A DNA stretch of 61,080 nucleotides from an uncultured Bacilli bacterium. Lineage in GTDB: Bacteria > Bacillota_I > Bacilli_A > RF39 > UBA660. This document shows, piece by piece, positions 37,515-48,393 of the stretch. The stretch is from positions 1 to 61,080 of the forward strand of contig CANQIE010000003.1 of assembly GCA_947623935.1 (NCBI GenBank), written 5' to 3'. Below the pieces are notes generated by a model. The model was not told the origin of the DNA, did no database searches, and was given only the letters and a program-made list of their open reading frames with translations. Numbering within the stretch: the stretch's first letter is position 1; each line of letters begins with the position of its first letter. A program made the translations under genes and the position numbers.

Positions 37515-37553
37515 TTATTTTATTAATATAATAAACTATCGAAAAGAGGGAGA

Positions 37554-37949
37554 ATGGATATGGAAATGAAAAAAGATTTTGATAATACACTAGCAGAGGT
37601 GGTATCGGATGTTAAAGACAAAAAACAAGCACTTTTAACCGTGGTAGCAGAACTTTTAGGTTCAGGTGTACTTTCAGTAGATGCTTTGCCCTCTGATTTA
37701 AAAGATAAACTTTTAACTATGACGGAAGATTTAGCCTACGATGAAAGAGAAATTGATCTTATTAAAGAACATATGACTCATGCCATTGATCAAAACATCG
37801 ATGAAGTAGAAGATGAGTTCCTTAAATTTTTAGATGAAGCTAGGGAAAGAGAACGTGAAGAGGCTACCCAAAAAGAGATTGCTGACTATTATCAAGAACG
37901 CCCTCGTCGTCTTATGATTACCGTTCGTATTGGGAAGAAACAAAAATAA
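37554..37949 (+). CDS. Hypothetical protein
   Basis: 131 aa acidic helical ORF with RBS. Confidence 0.7.
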   Translation: MDMEMKKDFDNTLAEVVSDVKDKKQALLTVVAELLGSGVLSVDALPSDLKDKLLTMTEDLAYDEREIDLIKEHMTHAIDQNIDEVEDEFLKFLDEAREREREEATQKEIADYYQERPRRLMITVRIGKKQK

Positions 37950-37970
37950 ACCTATTTTTAGGGGGAGTAT

Positions 37971-38606
37971 TTGATGACGAGTCAAGAATTAACAGAAAAA
38001 ATTAAAAGTGTAGAAAATGAAATAGCAAAATGCGAAGAAGAAATAACTTCTTATGAAAACAATTATCAACAATCTCTTAGCAAGCTTATTCAAGAAAAAG
38101 AACAACTACTAGAAGAGCGAAAAAGAGTTGATCGCTTAATTACGATTAAAAAATATAGAATGCCTTTTTCAATTTTAAAAATTGCTCTTACTTTGCTATT
38201 TTCTCTTACTTTAGGGGGAATAACCATTGCTGTACCTGATTTGATATTGAAAGCACCTATGGGTATTATTTGGTTTATCTCTAGTCTTTTAGGAGCCGGT
38301 ATCGTTATAAGTTCTATTAATCATATTATTAAAGATCATAAACAAATGGAGCTTGCATCTTTTCCAACCTTTGCCAATTTATATCAATCGGAAGATGAAT
38401 TAACTAAGAAAATAAATGAACAAGATGAACAAATTGAATATCAAGAAGAGTGTCATGATATGATGCGCCCTTCTAAAGATAGAATTCGTTATTTACAAAA
38501 AGAATTAAAAGGTTATCAAAGTGCATTTGATCAATTGATGGGATTAGTTGATAGTCCTAGTTTAGAAATGGAAAAACCACCAATGCAGAAAAGGAGGGAT
38601 TCATAA
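37971..38606 (+). CDS. Hypothetical coiled-coil protein with 2 TM segments
   Basis: Coiled coil - two hydrophobic helices - coiled coil. Confidence 0.7.
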   Translation: MMTSQELTEKIKSVENEIAKCEEEITSYENNYQQSLSKLIQEKEQLLEERKRVDRLITIKKYRMPFSILKIALTLLFSLTLGGITIAVPDLILKAPMGIIWFISSLLGAGIVISSINHIIKDHKQMELASFPTFANLYQSEDELTKKINEQDEQIEYQEECHDMMRPSKDRIRYLQKELKGYQSAFDQLMGLVDSPSLEMEKPPMQKRRDS

Positions 38607-38607
38607 T

Positions 38608-39198
38608 ATGGGAAAAGATTTACATGCTACTTTAGGTGAAGGAATGACGAAATTAAAAGAAAATCCTAATTTGCCTGAAGAGATTAAAGATCTTGTAGAT
38701 ATATTAGCTCAAGAATACGATGAAGCAAGTATTTTAGATATGGCCCCTTCTAATATAGAAAGAGAATTAACTGATAAAGAAAAAGCCAAACTAGAAAAAT
38801 TAGAACATCAAGGCTTGATGGCTTACTATCGCTTAGTTTGTGCTGTTGATAAAAATGAACGAAAGATGTATTTACGTTTGCTACGTGCAACGATTTTATC
38901 TTGCATTTTGGAAAGCAATGGTAAATATGGTATGCGCAATTTCCGTTATTTCTATAATAAAGCTTCAGATATGGTGGAAGGAAATACTGGAAAAAGTCTT
39001 TTATATCCCGACATGTATCAATGTGATGACTTAACGGATAATGAAAAATTAGAATTACTTCGAAAAGGTAGCATTGCTAAGACGAAAGACTTTTTATGTA
39101 AAAGAGGTTATTTGAAAGTAGAAAAGCCAGGCGAAATTTTTGAAGATTTAAGAGTTACGGAAAAAGGAAAAGAATACATTAAACGATTTGGAAATTAG
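38608..39198 (+). CDS. Hypothetical protein, possible C-terminal winged helix
   Basis: C-terminal FLCKRGYLKVE..LRVTEKGKEY pattern typical of wHTH wings. Confidence 0.6.
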   Translation: MGKDLHATLGEGMTKLKENPNLPEEIKDLVDILAQEYDEASILDMAPSNIERELTDKEKAKLEKLEHQGLMAYYRLVCAVDKNERKMYLRLLRATILSCILESNGKYGMRNFRYFYNKASDMVEGNTGKSLLYPDMYQCDDLTDNEKLELLRKGSIAKTKDFLCKRGYLKVEKPGEIFEDLRVTEKGKEYIKRFGN

Positions 39199-39260
39199 AA
39201 GGAAGGTGCCCCTTGCCTTTTTCTTTGCTTCAATTTTTTAAAAAAGTTTTTAAAAAAGCC

Positions 39261-39412
39261 TTGTCAAATAAGGAAATGCTATGTTATAATTAATTTCGTG
39301 TGGCTGCTTAGATGTGGGAGGTTGTCGATACACCCGGATAAGTTGTTCGAATGTATCGGGTTATTCACACGGAGCAAGTCTATACTAGATATAGGCGAAG
39401 GGAGGATTTAAA
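39261..39412 (+). promoter_or_regulatory. S10 operon promoter and conserved Firmicutes rpsJ leader
   Basis: TTGTCA-18 bp-TATAAT with extended TG; leader GATGTGGGAGGTTGTCGATACACCCGG...CACGGAG...TAGGCGAAGGGAGG resembles the B. subtilis rpsJ leader as recalled. Confidence 0.75.
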
Positions 39413-39721
39413 ATGTCAAAAGAAAAGGTTCGTATCAAATTAAAAAGTTATGAACACGGAATGCTAGATAATGCCGCAACAAAAATAGTAGAAACTGTAA
39501 AAAGATCAGGTGGAGAAATCAGTGGACCAGTACCACTTCCTACTGAAATTGAAAAATATACTATTTTAAGAGCTGTACACAAAGACAAAGATTCTCGTGA
39601 ACAATTCGAGATGCGTACACACAAAAGACTTATTGATATCAAGAATCCAAGCAAGGAAACCATTGAGGCACTTACTCATTTGGATTTACCAAGCGGTGTT
39701 GATATTGAAATCAAACTATAA
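39413..39721 (+). CDS. rpsJ: 30S ribosomal protein S10
   Basis: [25 protein letters not shown]. Confidence 0.98.
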   Translation: MSKEKVRIKLKSYEHGMLDNAATKIVETVKRSGGEISGPVPLPTEIEKYTILRAVHKDKDSREQFEMRTHKRLIDIKNPSKETIEALTHLDLPSGVDIEIKL

Positions 39722-39746
39722 CAAATATTATTAGGAGGAAAAGAAA

Positions 39747-40565
39747 ATGAAAGGAATCTTAGGTAAAAAGATAGGAATGACTCAAGTTTTTGCTAAGAAC
39801 GGAAAATTAATTCCTGTTACCGTTATCGAAGTTGAACCTAATGTGGTTACGCAAATCAAAACCATGGAAAACGATGGTTATGAAGCAATCCAATTAGGAA
39901 CCGGAACGGTAAGAGAAAAACTTAGTAACAAACCTAAAATGGGTCATACAAAGAAAGCGAATACAGAACCTAAGCGCTTCTTAAGAGAAATTAGGGGAGT
40001 AAATGTAAGCGACTATACATTAGGTCAAGTACTTGATGCAAGCCTCTTCCAAGAAGGGGAAATGGTCGATGTTACAGGAGTTAGTAAAGGTAAAGGATAC
40101 CAAGGTGTTATTAAACGTTGGAATCAAACAAGAGGTCCTATGGGACACGGATCACAATACCATAGAGGTGTGGGATCTATGGGAACCCTTTTACCAATGC
40201 ACGTATTAAAAGGTAAGAAATTACCTGGTCACATGGGTCATCAAACGAGAACGGTACAAAATCTTGAAATAGTAGCCGTTGATTTAGAAAACAATGTTAT
40301 CTTAGTTAAAGGTAATGTTCCAGGTCCAAAGAAGTCTTTAGTCATCATTCGTACAGCAGTTAAAAATCCAAACAAAGTAAATCCAAAAGTAGAACTTATG
40401 GTTTACGAAGTTGAGCAGGAAGAAGCAACAAGTGAAGAAGTTGCACCTGCTACTGAAGAGACTGCTGAAGAGGCTGAAGTAGCATCTCAAGAAGAAACAA
40501 CTGAAGAAGTTACAGAAGAATCAACCGATGCACAAGAAGAATCATCACAAGAAGTTAGCGAATAA
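39747..40565 (+). CDS. rplC: 50S ribosomal protein L3 with acidic C-terminal extension
   Basis: [23 protein letters not shown]; extra ~55 aa E/T/A/S-rich tail. Confidence 0.98.
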   Translation: MKGILGKKIGMTQVFAKNGKLIPVTVIEVEPNVVTQIKTMENDGYEAIQLGTGTVREKLSNKPKMGHTKKANTEPKRFLREIRGVNVSDYTLGQVLDASLFQEGEMVDVTGVSKGKGYQGVIKRWNQTRGPMGHGSQYHRGVGSMGTLLPMHVLKGKKLPGHMGHQTRTVQNLEIVAVDLENNVILVKGNVPGPKKSLVIIRTAVKNPNKVNPKVELMVYEVEQEEATSEEVAPATEETAEEAEVASQEETTEEVTEESTDAQEESSQEVSE

Positions 40566-40602
40566 GCAATGAGACTAAGTGGAATTGTGATGAAAGGAGG
40601 AA

Positions 40603-41232
40603 ATGAAGATGGAAAAGGTAAAACTTTTAAATACGAAAGGTGAAAAACTTAAAGACATTAACTTAAAAGAAGAAGTGTTCGGAATCGAACCAAATGATAA
40701 AGTTTTATATGATGCCGTTATTTTAGCAAGAGCATCATTAAGACAAGGAACCCATAGTACGAAGAATCGTAGTGAAGTAAGCGGTGGTGGAAGAAAACCA
40801 TGGCGTCAAAAAGGAACAGGACATGCTCGTCAAGGATCGATCCGTGCTGTTCAATGGGTAGGTGGAGGAAGATACGGAACTCCAGTACCACGTGATTATA
40901 GTAAAAAACAAAACCGTAAAGAACGTCGTTTAGCATTAAGAACGGCTTTAACGACCCTTGCTAAAGAAGGAAGAATTATCGCTTTAGACAATCTTACTTT
41001 AAAAACACCAAAGACCAAAGAATTAGTTGAAGTATTACAAAACTTAAAGATTGATGATAAAAAAGATTTAATCGTTGTTAAAGAATTAGAAGAAAATACG
41101 ATTTTAGCATCACGTAACCTTCAAAATGTAATGCTTATGGAACCAAGCGAAATCAATTCCTTAGATTTAGTGGCTTGTGACTATTTAGTTGTAACCGAAG
41201 AAGCCCTAAAAACCATTGAGGAGGTGTGCTAG
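40603..41232 (+). CDS. rplD: 50S ribosomal protein L4
   Basis: GGGRKPWRQKGTGHARQGS. Confidence 0.98.
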   Translation: MKMEKVKLLNTKGEKLKDINLKEEVFGIEPNDKVLYDAVILARASLRQGTHSTKNRSEVSGGGRKPWRQKGTGHARQGSIRAVQWVGGGRYGTPVPRDYSKKQNRKERRLALRTALTTLAKEGRIIALDNLTLKTPKTKELVEVLQNLKIDDKKDLIVVKELEENTILASRNLQNVMLMEPSEINSLDLVACDYLVVTEEALKTIEEVC

Positions 41233-41235
41233 TTT

Positions 41236-41517
41236 ATGGATACCAAGTATTTAGAAATCATTAAAGCACCTGTTATCACTGAAAAAAGTGGAATGGCTGC
41301 TCAAGACAATGGAACTTATACTTTTAAAGTAGACGTAAGAGCAAACAAAACCGAAATTAAATTGGCTATTGAAAAATTATTCAATGTCAAAGTTGAAAGT
41401 ATTCGTACTATCAACGTAAAACCAAAGAAAAAGAGAGTTGGACGTTATCCTGGTTTAACCAATCGTACTAAGAAAGCGATTGTTAAATTAGCCGACGGAC
41501 AATCTATTGATCTATAG
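41236..41517 (+). CDS. rplW: 50S ribosomal protein L23
   Basis: PVITEKS, YTFKVD..ANKTEIK, KKAIVKL. Confidence 0.97.
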   Translation: MDTKYLEIIKAPVITEKSGMAAQDNGTYTFKVDVRANKTEIKLAIEKLFNVKVESIRTINVKPKKKRVGRYPGLTNRTKKAIVKLADGQSIDL

Positions 41518-41531
41518 AAGGAGGGTTAAAT

Positions 41532-42362
41532 ATGGCAATTAAAGTAAAGAAACCCAATACTCCGGGTCAAAGAGGAATGACCGTTTTAGATTATTCTGAA
41601 CTTACCAAAACACGTCCTTTAAAAAGCCTTACGGAAACACGTAAGAAAAATGCAGGACGTAACAACCAAGGAAGAATTACCGTAAGACATCAAGGTGGAG
41701 CTGTTAAACGTAAATATCGTATTATCGATTTCAAACGTAATAAGTTTGATATTCCTGGTAAAGTAGCCAGTGTAGAATACGATCCGAATAGAACAGCTAA
41801 TATCGCCTTAATCAATTATGTCGATGGAGAAAAGAGATACATCATTGCTCCTAAAGGCTTAAAAGTAGGCGATATGGTAGAAAGCGGTCAAAACGTAGAT
41901 ATTCGTGTAGGAAATGCACTTCCTATTATGAACATCCCTGTTGGTACTGTTATTCACAATATCGAACTTCGTCCAGGAAAAGGTGGAGAACTTGCAAGAA
42001 GTGCAGGAAGCTCTGCTCAAATATTAGGTAGAGAAGGTGCTTACGTTATGATTCGTTTAGCATCTGGTGAACAAAGAAAAGTTTTAGGAACTTGCATGGC
42101 TACCGTTGGAGAAGTTGGAAACGAAGACTATGAATTAGTCAATATCGGAAAAGCAGGACGTAAACGTTATATGGGAATAAGACCTACCGTTCGTGGTTCT
42201 GTTATGAACCCTAATGACCACCCACATGGTGGTGGAGAAGGTCGTGCTCCTGTTGGACGTAAAACACCAGTTACACCTTGGGGTAAACCTGCTCTTGGAT
42301 ATAAGACACGTAATAACAAGATGTCTGATAAATTTATCGTACGTCGTCGTAATAGTAAATAG
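41532..42362 (+). CDS. rplB: 50S ribosomal protein L2
   Basis: [27 protein letters not shown]. Confidence 0.98.
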   Translation: MAIKVKKPNTPGQRGMTVLDYSELTKTRPLKSLTETRKKNAGRNNQGRITVRHQGGAVKRKYRIIDFKRNKFDIPGKVASVEYDPNRTANIALINYVDGEKRYIIAPKGLKVGDMVESGQNVDIRVGNALPIMNIPVGTVIHNIELRPGKGGELARSAGSSAQILGREGAYVMIRLASGEQRKVLGTCMATVGEVGNEDYELVNIGKAGRKRYMGIRPTVRGSVMNPNDHPHGGGEGRAPVGRKTPVTPWGKPALGYKTRNNKMSDKFIVRRRNSK

Positions 42363-42378
42363 GAAAGGATGAAGAAAC

Positions 42379-42645
42379 ATGGCTAGAAGTTTAAAAAAGA
42401 AACCTTATGTATTCGATCGATTACTTAATAAGGTAAAAGAATTAAATAAATCTGGAAAAAAAGAAGTCATCAAGACTTGGTCACGTCGCTCAACCATTTA
42501 TCCTGATTTTATCGGACATACATTTGCCGTACATAATGGAAAAGAATTTATTCCGGTTTATGTAACAGAAGATATGGTTGGACACAAATTAGGTGAATTT
42601 GCATTAACACGTAAATTTGGTGGACACGGCGAAAATAAAGCTTAA
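42379..42645 (+). CDS. rpsS: 30S ribosomal protein S19
   Basis: [17 protein letters not shown]. Confidence 0.98.
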   Translation: MARSLKKKPYVFDRLLNKVKELNKSGKKEVIKTWSRRSTIYPDFIGHTFAVHNGKEFIPVYVTEDMVGHKLGEFALTRKFGGHGENKA

Positions 42646-42667
42646 TTAATATAGGAGGAAATGAAAT

Positions 42668-43003
42668 ATGGAAGCAAAAGCAATTGCTAAGTCACTTCGC
42701 GTTTCACCTATTAAAGCACGCCTTGTCGTTGATTTAATTCGTGGAAAGAATGTAAGTGATGCATTAATTATTTTATCGAATATGAATAAAAAACCAGCAC
42801 GTCTTACTAAAAAAGTATTAGATTCTGCTGTTGCCAATGCCGTAAACAATATGAGTATGGATGAAAATACACTTTATGTTAAAGAGGCAAGAGTAGATGC
42901 AGGTCCGGTAATGAAAAGAGGAATGTTCGATTCCCGTGGACGTATTGGACACAAAGATAAGAGAACTAGTCACATCGTTATTACGGTTGCTAGTAGAGAC
43001 TAA
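42668..43003 (+). CDS. rplV: 50S ribosomal protein L22
   Basis: SPIKARLVVDLIRG, KRTSHIVI. Confidence 0.97.
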   Translation: MEAKAIAKSLRVSPIKARLVVDLIRGKNVSDALIILSNMNKKPARLTKKVLDSAVANAVNNMSMDENTLYVKEARVDAGPVMKRGMFDSRGRIGHKDKRTSHIVITVASRD

Positions 43004-43017
43004 AGGAGGAACTATAG

Positions 43018-43671
43018 ATGGGTCAGAAAGTAAATCCGAATGGAATGAGACTCGGAATCAACAAAACTTGGGAATCTCGTTGGTATGCTGACAAAAAGGA
43101 TTTTAAGAAATATCTAAATAACGATGTTAAAATCCGTGACTTCTTTAAGAAGAACATGAAGGATGCCGGAATTGCTAAAGTAGAAGTTGAAAGAAACAAC
43201 AAAAGAACTGAAATCATCGTTCATACTTCAAAACCAGGAGTTATCATTGGTCGTGGTGGAGAAGAAATCGACAAATTAAAGAAAACCATTCAAAAAGAAA
43301 TCGATGAAGAAGTTCAAATCTCAATCGTAGATATTAAGAAACCAGACTTAAATGCACAAATCGTTGCTGATTCCATTGCTAACCAAATTGAAAATAGAGC
43401 ATCGTTCAGAATGGCACAAAAAAGAGCTATTCGTAATGCCATGAAAGCAGGAGCAAAAGGAATTAAGACGGTAGTGTCTGGAAGATTAAATGGAGCCGAT
43501 ATTGCGCGTAGTGAAGGATATTCTGAAGGAACTACCCCACTACATACTTTAAGAGCCGATATCGATTATGCAACCAGTGAAGCAGATACGACTTATGGAA
43601 AAATCGGTGTAAAAGTATGGATTTATAAAGGAGAAATTCTTCCTAGCAAAAAGGCTAAAGGAGGTAATTAA
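43018..43671 (+). CDS. rpsC: 30S ribosomal protein S3
   Basis: [28 protein letters not shown]. Confidence 0.98.
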   Translation: MGQKVNPNGMRLGINKTWESRWYADKKDFKKYLNNDVKIRDFFKKNMKDAGIAKVEVERNNKRTEIIVHTSKPGVIIGRGGEEIDKLKKTIQKEIDEEVQISIVDIKKPDLNAQIVADSIANQIENRASFRMAQKRAIRNAMKAGAKGIKTVVSGRLNGADIARSEGYSEGTTPLHTLRADIDYATSEADTTYGKIGVKVWIYKGEILPSKKAKGGN

Positions 43672-43672
43672 G

Positions 43673-44110
43673 ATGTTATTACCATCAAGAACAAAATATC
43701 GTCGTGTTCACCGATTACCTTATGAAGGACATTCAAAAGGGAACACGAAATTAGATAAAGGTGACTTTGGTCTAGTTGCTAAAGAAGGAGCTTGGATCAC
43801 AGCGAACCAAATCGAAGCAGCGCGTGTTGCTATGACACGTTACATGAAACGTGGAGGAAAAGTATGGATCAATATTTTCCCTCATATGCCTATTACTAAG
43901 AAACCCGTTGGTACTCGTCAAGGTAAAGGTAAAGGTAACGTAGAAGCATGGGTTGCCGTTGTTAAAGAAGGAAAAATTTTGTTTGAAATCGCAGGAGTCG
44001 ATGAAGCCACTGCACGTGAAGCATTAAGATTAGCCGCTCACAAACTACCAATTCAAACAAAGTTTATAACGAGAGAATCTGAAAATGGTGGTGAAAAAAA
44101 TGAAGGTTAA
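43673..44110 (+). CDS. rplP: 50S ribosomal protein L16
   Basis: [26 protein letters not shown]. Confidence 0.98.
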   Translation: MLLPSRTKYRRVHRLPYEGHSKGNTKLDKGDFGLVAKEGAWITANQIEAARVAMTRYMKRGGKVWINIFPHMPITKKPVGTRQGKGKGNVEAWVAVVKEGKILFEIAGVDEATAREALRLAAHKLPIQTKFITRESENGGEKNEG

Positions 44111-44297
44111 GGAAATTAGAGAACTAACCACTGAACAAATCAACCAAAAGTTGAAAGAATCAAAAGAAGAATTATTCAATTTGCGTTTCCAACAAGCAAC
44201 GGGTAATCTAGAAAAACCTTCAAGAATTAGAGAGTTAAGACACACCGTCGCAAGAATGAAAACCGTTCTTCGCGAACGTGAATTAAACGAAAAGTAG
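44100..44297 (+). CDS. rpmC: 50S ribosomal protein L29
   Basis: [11 protein letters not shown], start moved to ATG 44100. Confidence 0.97.
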   Translation: MKVKEIRELTTEQINQKLKESKEELFNLRFQQATGNLEKPSRIRELRHTVARMKTVLRERELNEK

Positions 44298-44307
44298 GAG
44301 GGGCAAA

Positions 44308-44568
44308 ATGGAAAAAAGAGAAGCAAGAAACCTTGTTGGAAAGGTTGTAAGCGATAAAGGAGAAAAGACCGTTACCGTATTAGTTGAAACCTATAAAAAA
44401 GATCCTAAATATGGAAAACGTGTTCGTTATTCAAAGAAATACGCTGCTCATGACGAATCCAATAAAGCCAAAGTGGGAGATGTTGTTCGTATCGTTGAAA
44501 CAAAACCTATTTCTAAGACGAAACATTTCTATGTAGCTGAGATTGTTAAAGAAGCAGTTATTATCTAA
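44308..44568 (+). CDS. rpsQ: 30S ribosomal protein S17
   Basis: GKVVSDK, YGKRV, AHDE, PISKTK. Confidence 0.98.
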   Translation: MEKREARNLVGKVVSDKGEKTVTVLVETYKKDPKYGKRVRYSKKYAAHDESNKAKVGDVVRIVETKPISKTKHFYVAEIVKEAVII

Positions 44569-44590
44569 ATTAGGTGAAGGAGGATAAATT

Positions 44591-44959
44591 ATGTTACAAA
44601 CAGAAAGCCGTTTAAAAGTAGCGGATAACTCTGGTGCGAAAGAACTATTAGTCATTCGTGTCATGGGTGGAAGCAAAAGAAAATTTGGTAATATCGGTGA
44701 TGTTGTTGTTGGAACCATAAAGAAAGCCACACCTAATGGAACTGTTAAAAAAGGAAAAGTGGTAAAAGCCGTCATCGTTAGAAGCGTACAAGGTGTTAAA
44801 CGTGAAGACGGAAGTTACATTAAGTTCGACGACAATGCTTGCGTAATTATCAGAGATGATAAGAGTCCTGTTGGAACTCGTATCTTTGGACCTGTAGCAC
44901 GTGAACTTCGTGATGCAGATTATATGAAAATAGTATCTTTAGCTAAAGAAGTGCTATAA
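44591..44959 (+). CDS. rplN: 50S ribosomal protein L14
   Basis: [20 protein letters not shown]. Confidence 0.98.
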   Translation: MLQTESRLKVADNSGAKELLVIRVMGGSKRKFGNIGDVVVGTIKKATPNGTVKKGKVVKAVIVRSVQGVKREDGSYIKFDDNACVIIRDDKSPVGTRIFGPVARELRDADYMKIVSLAKEVL

Positions 44960-44974
44960 GGAAGGAGATTATTT

Positions 44975-45283
44975 ATGAACTTAAAAGTAGGAGATAAGGT
45001 AAGAGTAATCGCCGGAGCTAGTAAAGGTAAAGAAGGAAAAATTATCAAAACCTTAAAGAAAGATAACACAGTAATCGTTGAAGGTGCTAATATTGTAAAA
45101 AAACATATGAAAGGAAACGGACAAGTAAGCGGTGGAATTCAAGAAGTCGCTCATCCTATCCATGTTTCAAACGTTATGTTAATTGATCCGAAGACGAAAA
45201 AACCTACTAGAATCGGAAAAAGTCAAGATAAAAACAATAAAAAGATTAGAATTGCAAAAAAATCAAGCGAAAAGCTTGACTAG
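44975..45283 (+). CDS. rplX: 50S ribosomal protein L24
   Basis: KVGDKVRVIAG, PIHVSNV. Confidence 0.97.
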   Translation: MNLKVGDKVRVIAGASKGKEGKIIKTLKKDNTVIVEGANIVKKHMKGNGQVSGGIQEVAHPIHVSNVMLIDPKTKKPTRIGKSQDKNNKKIRIAKKSSEKLD

Positions 45284-45301
45284 TTGGAAGGAGGGTAATT
45301 T

Positions 45302-45841
45302 ATGAACCGCCTAAAAGAAAAATACTTGAAAGAAATCATTCCAAGTTTAACAAAGAAACATAACTATAAGACTGTTATGGAAGTTCCAAAATTAGAGAAA
45401 ATCGTTATCAATATGGGAGTAGGAGATGCTACTCAAAATTCCAAATTAATGGAAGCAGCAGTTAAAGATCTTGAAGTTATTTCAGGACAAAAACCGGTTG
45501 TAACGAAAGCTAAAAAATCCATCGCTGGATTTAAAGTAAGAGAAGGTCAATCGATTGGTTGCAAAGTAACCCTTCGTGGAGAAAATATGTATACCTTTAT
45601 GGATAAGTTATTTTCTATAGGACTTCCTCGTGTAAGAGACTTCCGTGGAGTTAGCCCTAGAGCTTTCGATGGAAGAGGAAACTACACTTTAGGAATTAAA
45701 GAACAATTAATCTTCTCAGAAATCGAATTCGATAATGTCGTAAAAGTTCGTGGTATGGATATTGTTTTTGTAACCAGTGCTAAAACGAACGAAGAAGCTT
45801 ACGATTTGTTAAGCGAATTAGGAATGCCTTTCAGAAAGTAA
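45302..45841 (+). CDS. rplE: 50S ribosomal protein L5
   Basis: [24 protein letters not shown]. Confidence 0.98.
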   Translation: MNRLKEKYLKEIIPSLTKKHNYKTVMEVPKLEKIVINMGVGDATQNSKLMEAAVKDLEVISGQKPVVTKAKKSIAGFKVREGQSIGCKVTLRGENMYTFMDKLFSIGLPRVRDFRGVSPRAFDGRGNYTLGIKEQLIFSEIEFDNVVKVRGMDIVFVTSAKTNEEAYDLLSELGMPFRK

Positions 45842-45854
45842 TTGGAGGAAATTT

Positions 45855-46040
45855 ATGGCAAAGAAAAGTATGATTGTAAAAGCGAATCGTCCAAAGAAAT
45901 ACAAAGTACGTGAATATACGCGTTGCCAAAGATGTGGTCGTCCACATGCCGTAATGAGTAAATTCGGAATCTGTCGTATTTGCTTTAGAGAATTAGCTTA
46001 TAAAGGACAAATACCAGGTGTTAAGAAATCAAGCTGGTAA
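45855..46040 (+). CDS. rpsN: 30S ribosomal protein S14 type Z
   Basis: CQRC...CRIC zinc-binding form, 61 aa. Confidence 0.97.
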   Translation: MAKKSMIVKANRPKKYKVREYTRCQRCGRPHAVMSKFGICRICFRELAYKGQIPGVKKSSW

Positions 46041-46061
46041 TTGGGAAGGAGGAAAATAATT

Positions 46062-46463
46062 ATGGCTGTAGTAACAGATACCATTGCGGATATGCTAACG
46101 AGAATTCGTAATGCAAATCAAATGCGATACAAAGAAGTTCATGTTCCTGCTTCTAAATTAAAACTAGAACTTGCTAAGATTTTAAAAGAAGAGGGATTTA
46201 TTGAAGATTACAAAGTGCTTAAAGATAACCGTCAAGGAGATATTCTTTTAACACTTAAATATGGACACAATAAAGAAAGAGTAATTACAGGATTAAAGCG
46301 TATTTCAAAACCAGGATTACGTGTATATGCGAAGAAAGAAGAAGTACCTAAAGTACTTAACGGTTTAGGAATTGCTATTATCTCTACCTCAAAAGGAATT
46401 ATGACGGATAAAGAAGCAAGACGTCAAAATCTTGGTGGAGAAGTATTAGCTTATATCTGGTAA
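46062..46463 (+). CDS. rpsH: 30S ribosomal protein S8
   Basis: [26 protein letters not shown]; start moved to ATG 46062. Confidence 0.98.
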   Translation: MAVVTDTIADMLTRIRNANQMRYKEVHVPASKLKLELAKILKEEGFIEDYKVLKDNRQGDILLTLKYGHNKERVITGLKRISKPGLRVYAKKEEVPKVLNGLGIAIISTSKGIMTDKEARRQNLGGEVLAYIW

Positions 46464-46487
46464 TTAAATATATAAGGAGGTGTCAAT

Positions 46488-47027
46488 ATGAGTCGTATTG
46501 GTAATAGAAAACTAGTAGTACCTGAAGGGGTTACTGTGACAGTAGATAATAATGTTGTTACCGTTAAAGGACCAAAAGGAGAACTTTCTACCACCATTGA
46601 TAGTAAAGACGTTACTGTTGAAGTAAATGAAAATGAAGTCGTTGTTAAAAGAAGTAACGATGAAATTAAGACAAGATCTATGCATGGAACGGTTAATGCC
46701 AATATCAATAATATGATTGTTGGTGTTACTAAAGGCTATGAAAAAGAACTTGAAATTATCGGTGTTGGATATCGTTTTGCTTTAAAAGGAAATACCTTAG
46801 TAATTAATGCAGGTTTTTCACATCCTGTAGAATTAGCTATCCCAGAAGGAATTAAAGTAGAATCCCCAAGTAATACAGAACTTACTTTAAAGGGAATCGA
46901 TAAAATTAAAATTGGTGAATTTGCTGCTAATGTAAGAAAGGTTAAACCACCTGAACCTTACAAAGGAAAAGGAATTCGTTATAAGGACGAGCAAGTTCGT
47001 CGTAAAGAAGGAAAGAAAGCTGCATAG
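46488..47027 (+). CDS. rplF: 50S ribosomal protein L6
   Basis: MSRIGNR, PEPYKGKGIRY. Confidence 0.98.
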   Translation: MSRIGNRKLVVPEGVTVTVDNNVVTVKGPKGELSTTIDSKDVTVEVNENEVVVKRSNDEIKTRSMHGTVNANINNMIVGVTKGYEKELEIIGVGYRFALKGNTLVINAGFSHPVELAIPEGIKVESPSNTELTLKGIDKIKIGEFAANVRKVKPPEPYKGKGIRYKDEQVRRKEGKKAA

Positions 47028-47064
47028 TTAGGCAGTAAAATAAGTAAGAAGGGAGAGTTTACTT

Positions 47065-47421
47065 ATGATAAAAAAAGAATCACGCAACGAAATGCGTCTT
47101 ATCCGTCATGAGCGTGTTCGTGAGAATCTTAAGGGAACGAAAGAGATGCCAAGACTTAACGTATTCCGTTCCAATAAGAATATCACCGCTCAAATTATCG
47201 ATGACGAGACAGGTTCTACCTTAGTAAGTGCTTCAAGTATGGAATTAAACCTTAAAAATGGTGGAAACAAAGAAGCAGCTGCTAAAGTAGGAGAAAAGAT
47301 TGCTGAAAAAGCATTAAAAGCTGGAATTAAAACAGTTGTATTCGATAGAGGTGGATACCTTTATCATGGTCGTGTAGAAAGTCTTGCAGAAGCTGCACGT
47401 AATAAAGGATTAGAATTCTAA
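47065..47421 (+). CDS. rplR: 50S ribosomal protein L18
   Basis: [22 protein letters not shown]. Confidence 0.98.
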   Translation: MIKKESRNEMRLIRHERVRENLKGTKEMPRLNVFRSNKNITAQIIDDETGSTLVSASSMELNLKNGGNKEAAAKVGEKIAEKALKAGIKTVVFDRGGYLYHGRVESLAEAARNKGLEF

Positions 47422-47433
47422 TAGGAGGGTATT

Positions 47434-47949
47434 ATGCAAAATAAAAACATGGACCCAAAGAAACAAGAGAAGCAATTAGAAGAACAAGTTGTCGAAATCA
47501 AAGCCGTAACTAAAGTAACGACTGGAGGACGTCAACGTAGATTCTCTGCAACTGTTGTTGTTGGGGATAGACATGGTCAAGTAGGATTAGGAATCGGTAA
47601 AGCTGCCGAAGTACCTGATGCTATTAAAAAGGCAATTCAAGCTGCCAATAAAAACCTAGTTAAAATACCGCTAGTAGAAGATAGAACGATTGCCCACGAA
47701 GTAATTGGTGTATCGGGTGCTGCAAAGGTTATGTTAAAACCTGCTCATGCCGGTACTGGAGTTATTGCTGGTGGAGCTGTTCGTGCTATCCTTGAGTTAG
47801 CGGGAGTCCGCGATATTCTTTCTAAATCACTTGGTTCAAGAACGAAACTTAATATGGCAATGGCAACCGTCAATGCATTAAAATCGACAAAGACGGTTGA
47901 TGAAGTAGCTAAATTAAGAGGAAAAACTAAAGAGGAGATTTTAGGATAA
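47434..47949 (+). CDS. rpsE: 30S ribosomal protein S5
   Basis: [21 protein letters not shown]. Confidence 0.98.
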   Translation: MQNKNMDPKKQEKQLEEQVVEIKAVTKVTTGGRQRRFSATVVVGDRHGQVGLGIGKAAEVPDAIKKAIQAANKNLVKIPLVEDRTIAHEVIGVSGAAKVMLKPAHAGTGVIAGGAVRAILELAGVRDILSKSLGSRTKLNMAMATVNALKSTKTVDEVAKLRGKTKEEILG

Positions 47950-48392
47950 TGAAGTTACATGAATTAAAGAAAAATGAGGGAGCAACGTTCAAAGCTAAAA
48001 GAGTTGGACGTGGTTCTGGAAGTGGTTTAGGAAAGACTAGTGGAAAAGGACACAAAGGACAAAACGCTCGTAGTGGTGGAGGAGTAAGACCTGTATTCGA
48101 AGGTGGACAATTACCACTCTATAGACGTTTACCAAAAAGAGGATTTAGTAATGCAAGATTTAAGTTAACGTACGCGGTCGTTAATTTAGATGATCTAAAT
48201 CAATTTGATGATAAAACAGTAGTAACTCCTGCTTTATTGAAAGAAAGAGGTTTAGTAACCAAAGAGTTATGTGGCATTAAAGTATTAGGGGACGGTGAAT
48301 TAACGAAGAAGTTAACAATCCAAGCTCATAAGTTCTCTCGTAATGCTATAGAAAAGATTGAAAAGTCGGGTAGCAAGATTGAGGTGATTTAA
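47949..48392 (+). CDS. rplO: 50S ribosomal protein L15
   Basis: [26 protein letters not shown]. Confidence 0.98.
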   Translation: MKLHELKKNEGATFKAKRVGRGSGSGLGKTSGKGHKGQNARSGGGVRPVFEGGQLPLYRRLPKRGFSNARFKLTYAVVNLDDLNQFDDKTVVTPALLKERGLVTKELCGIKVLGDGELTKKLTIQAHKFSRNAIEKIEKSGSKIEVI

Positions 48393-48393
48393 G

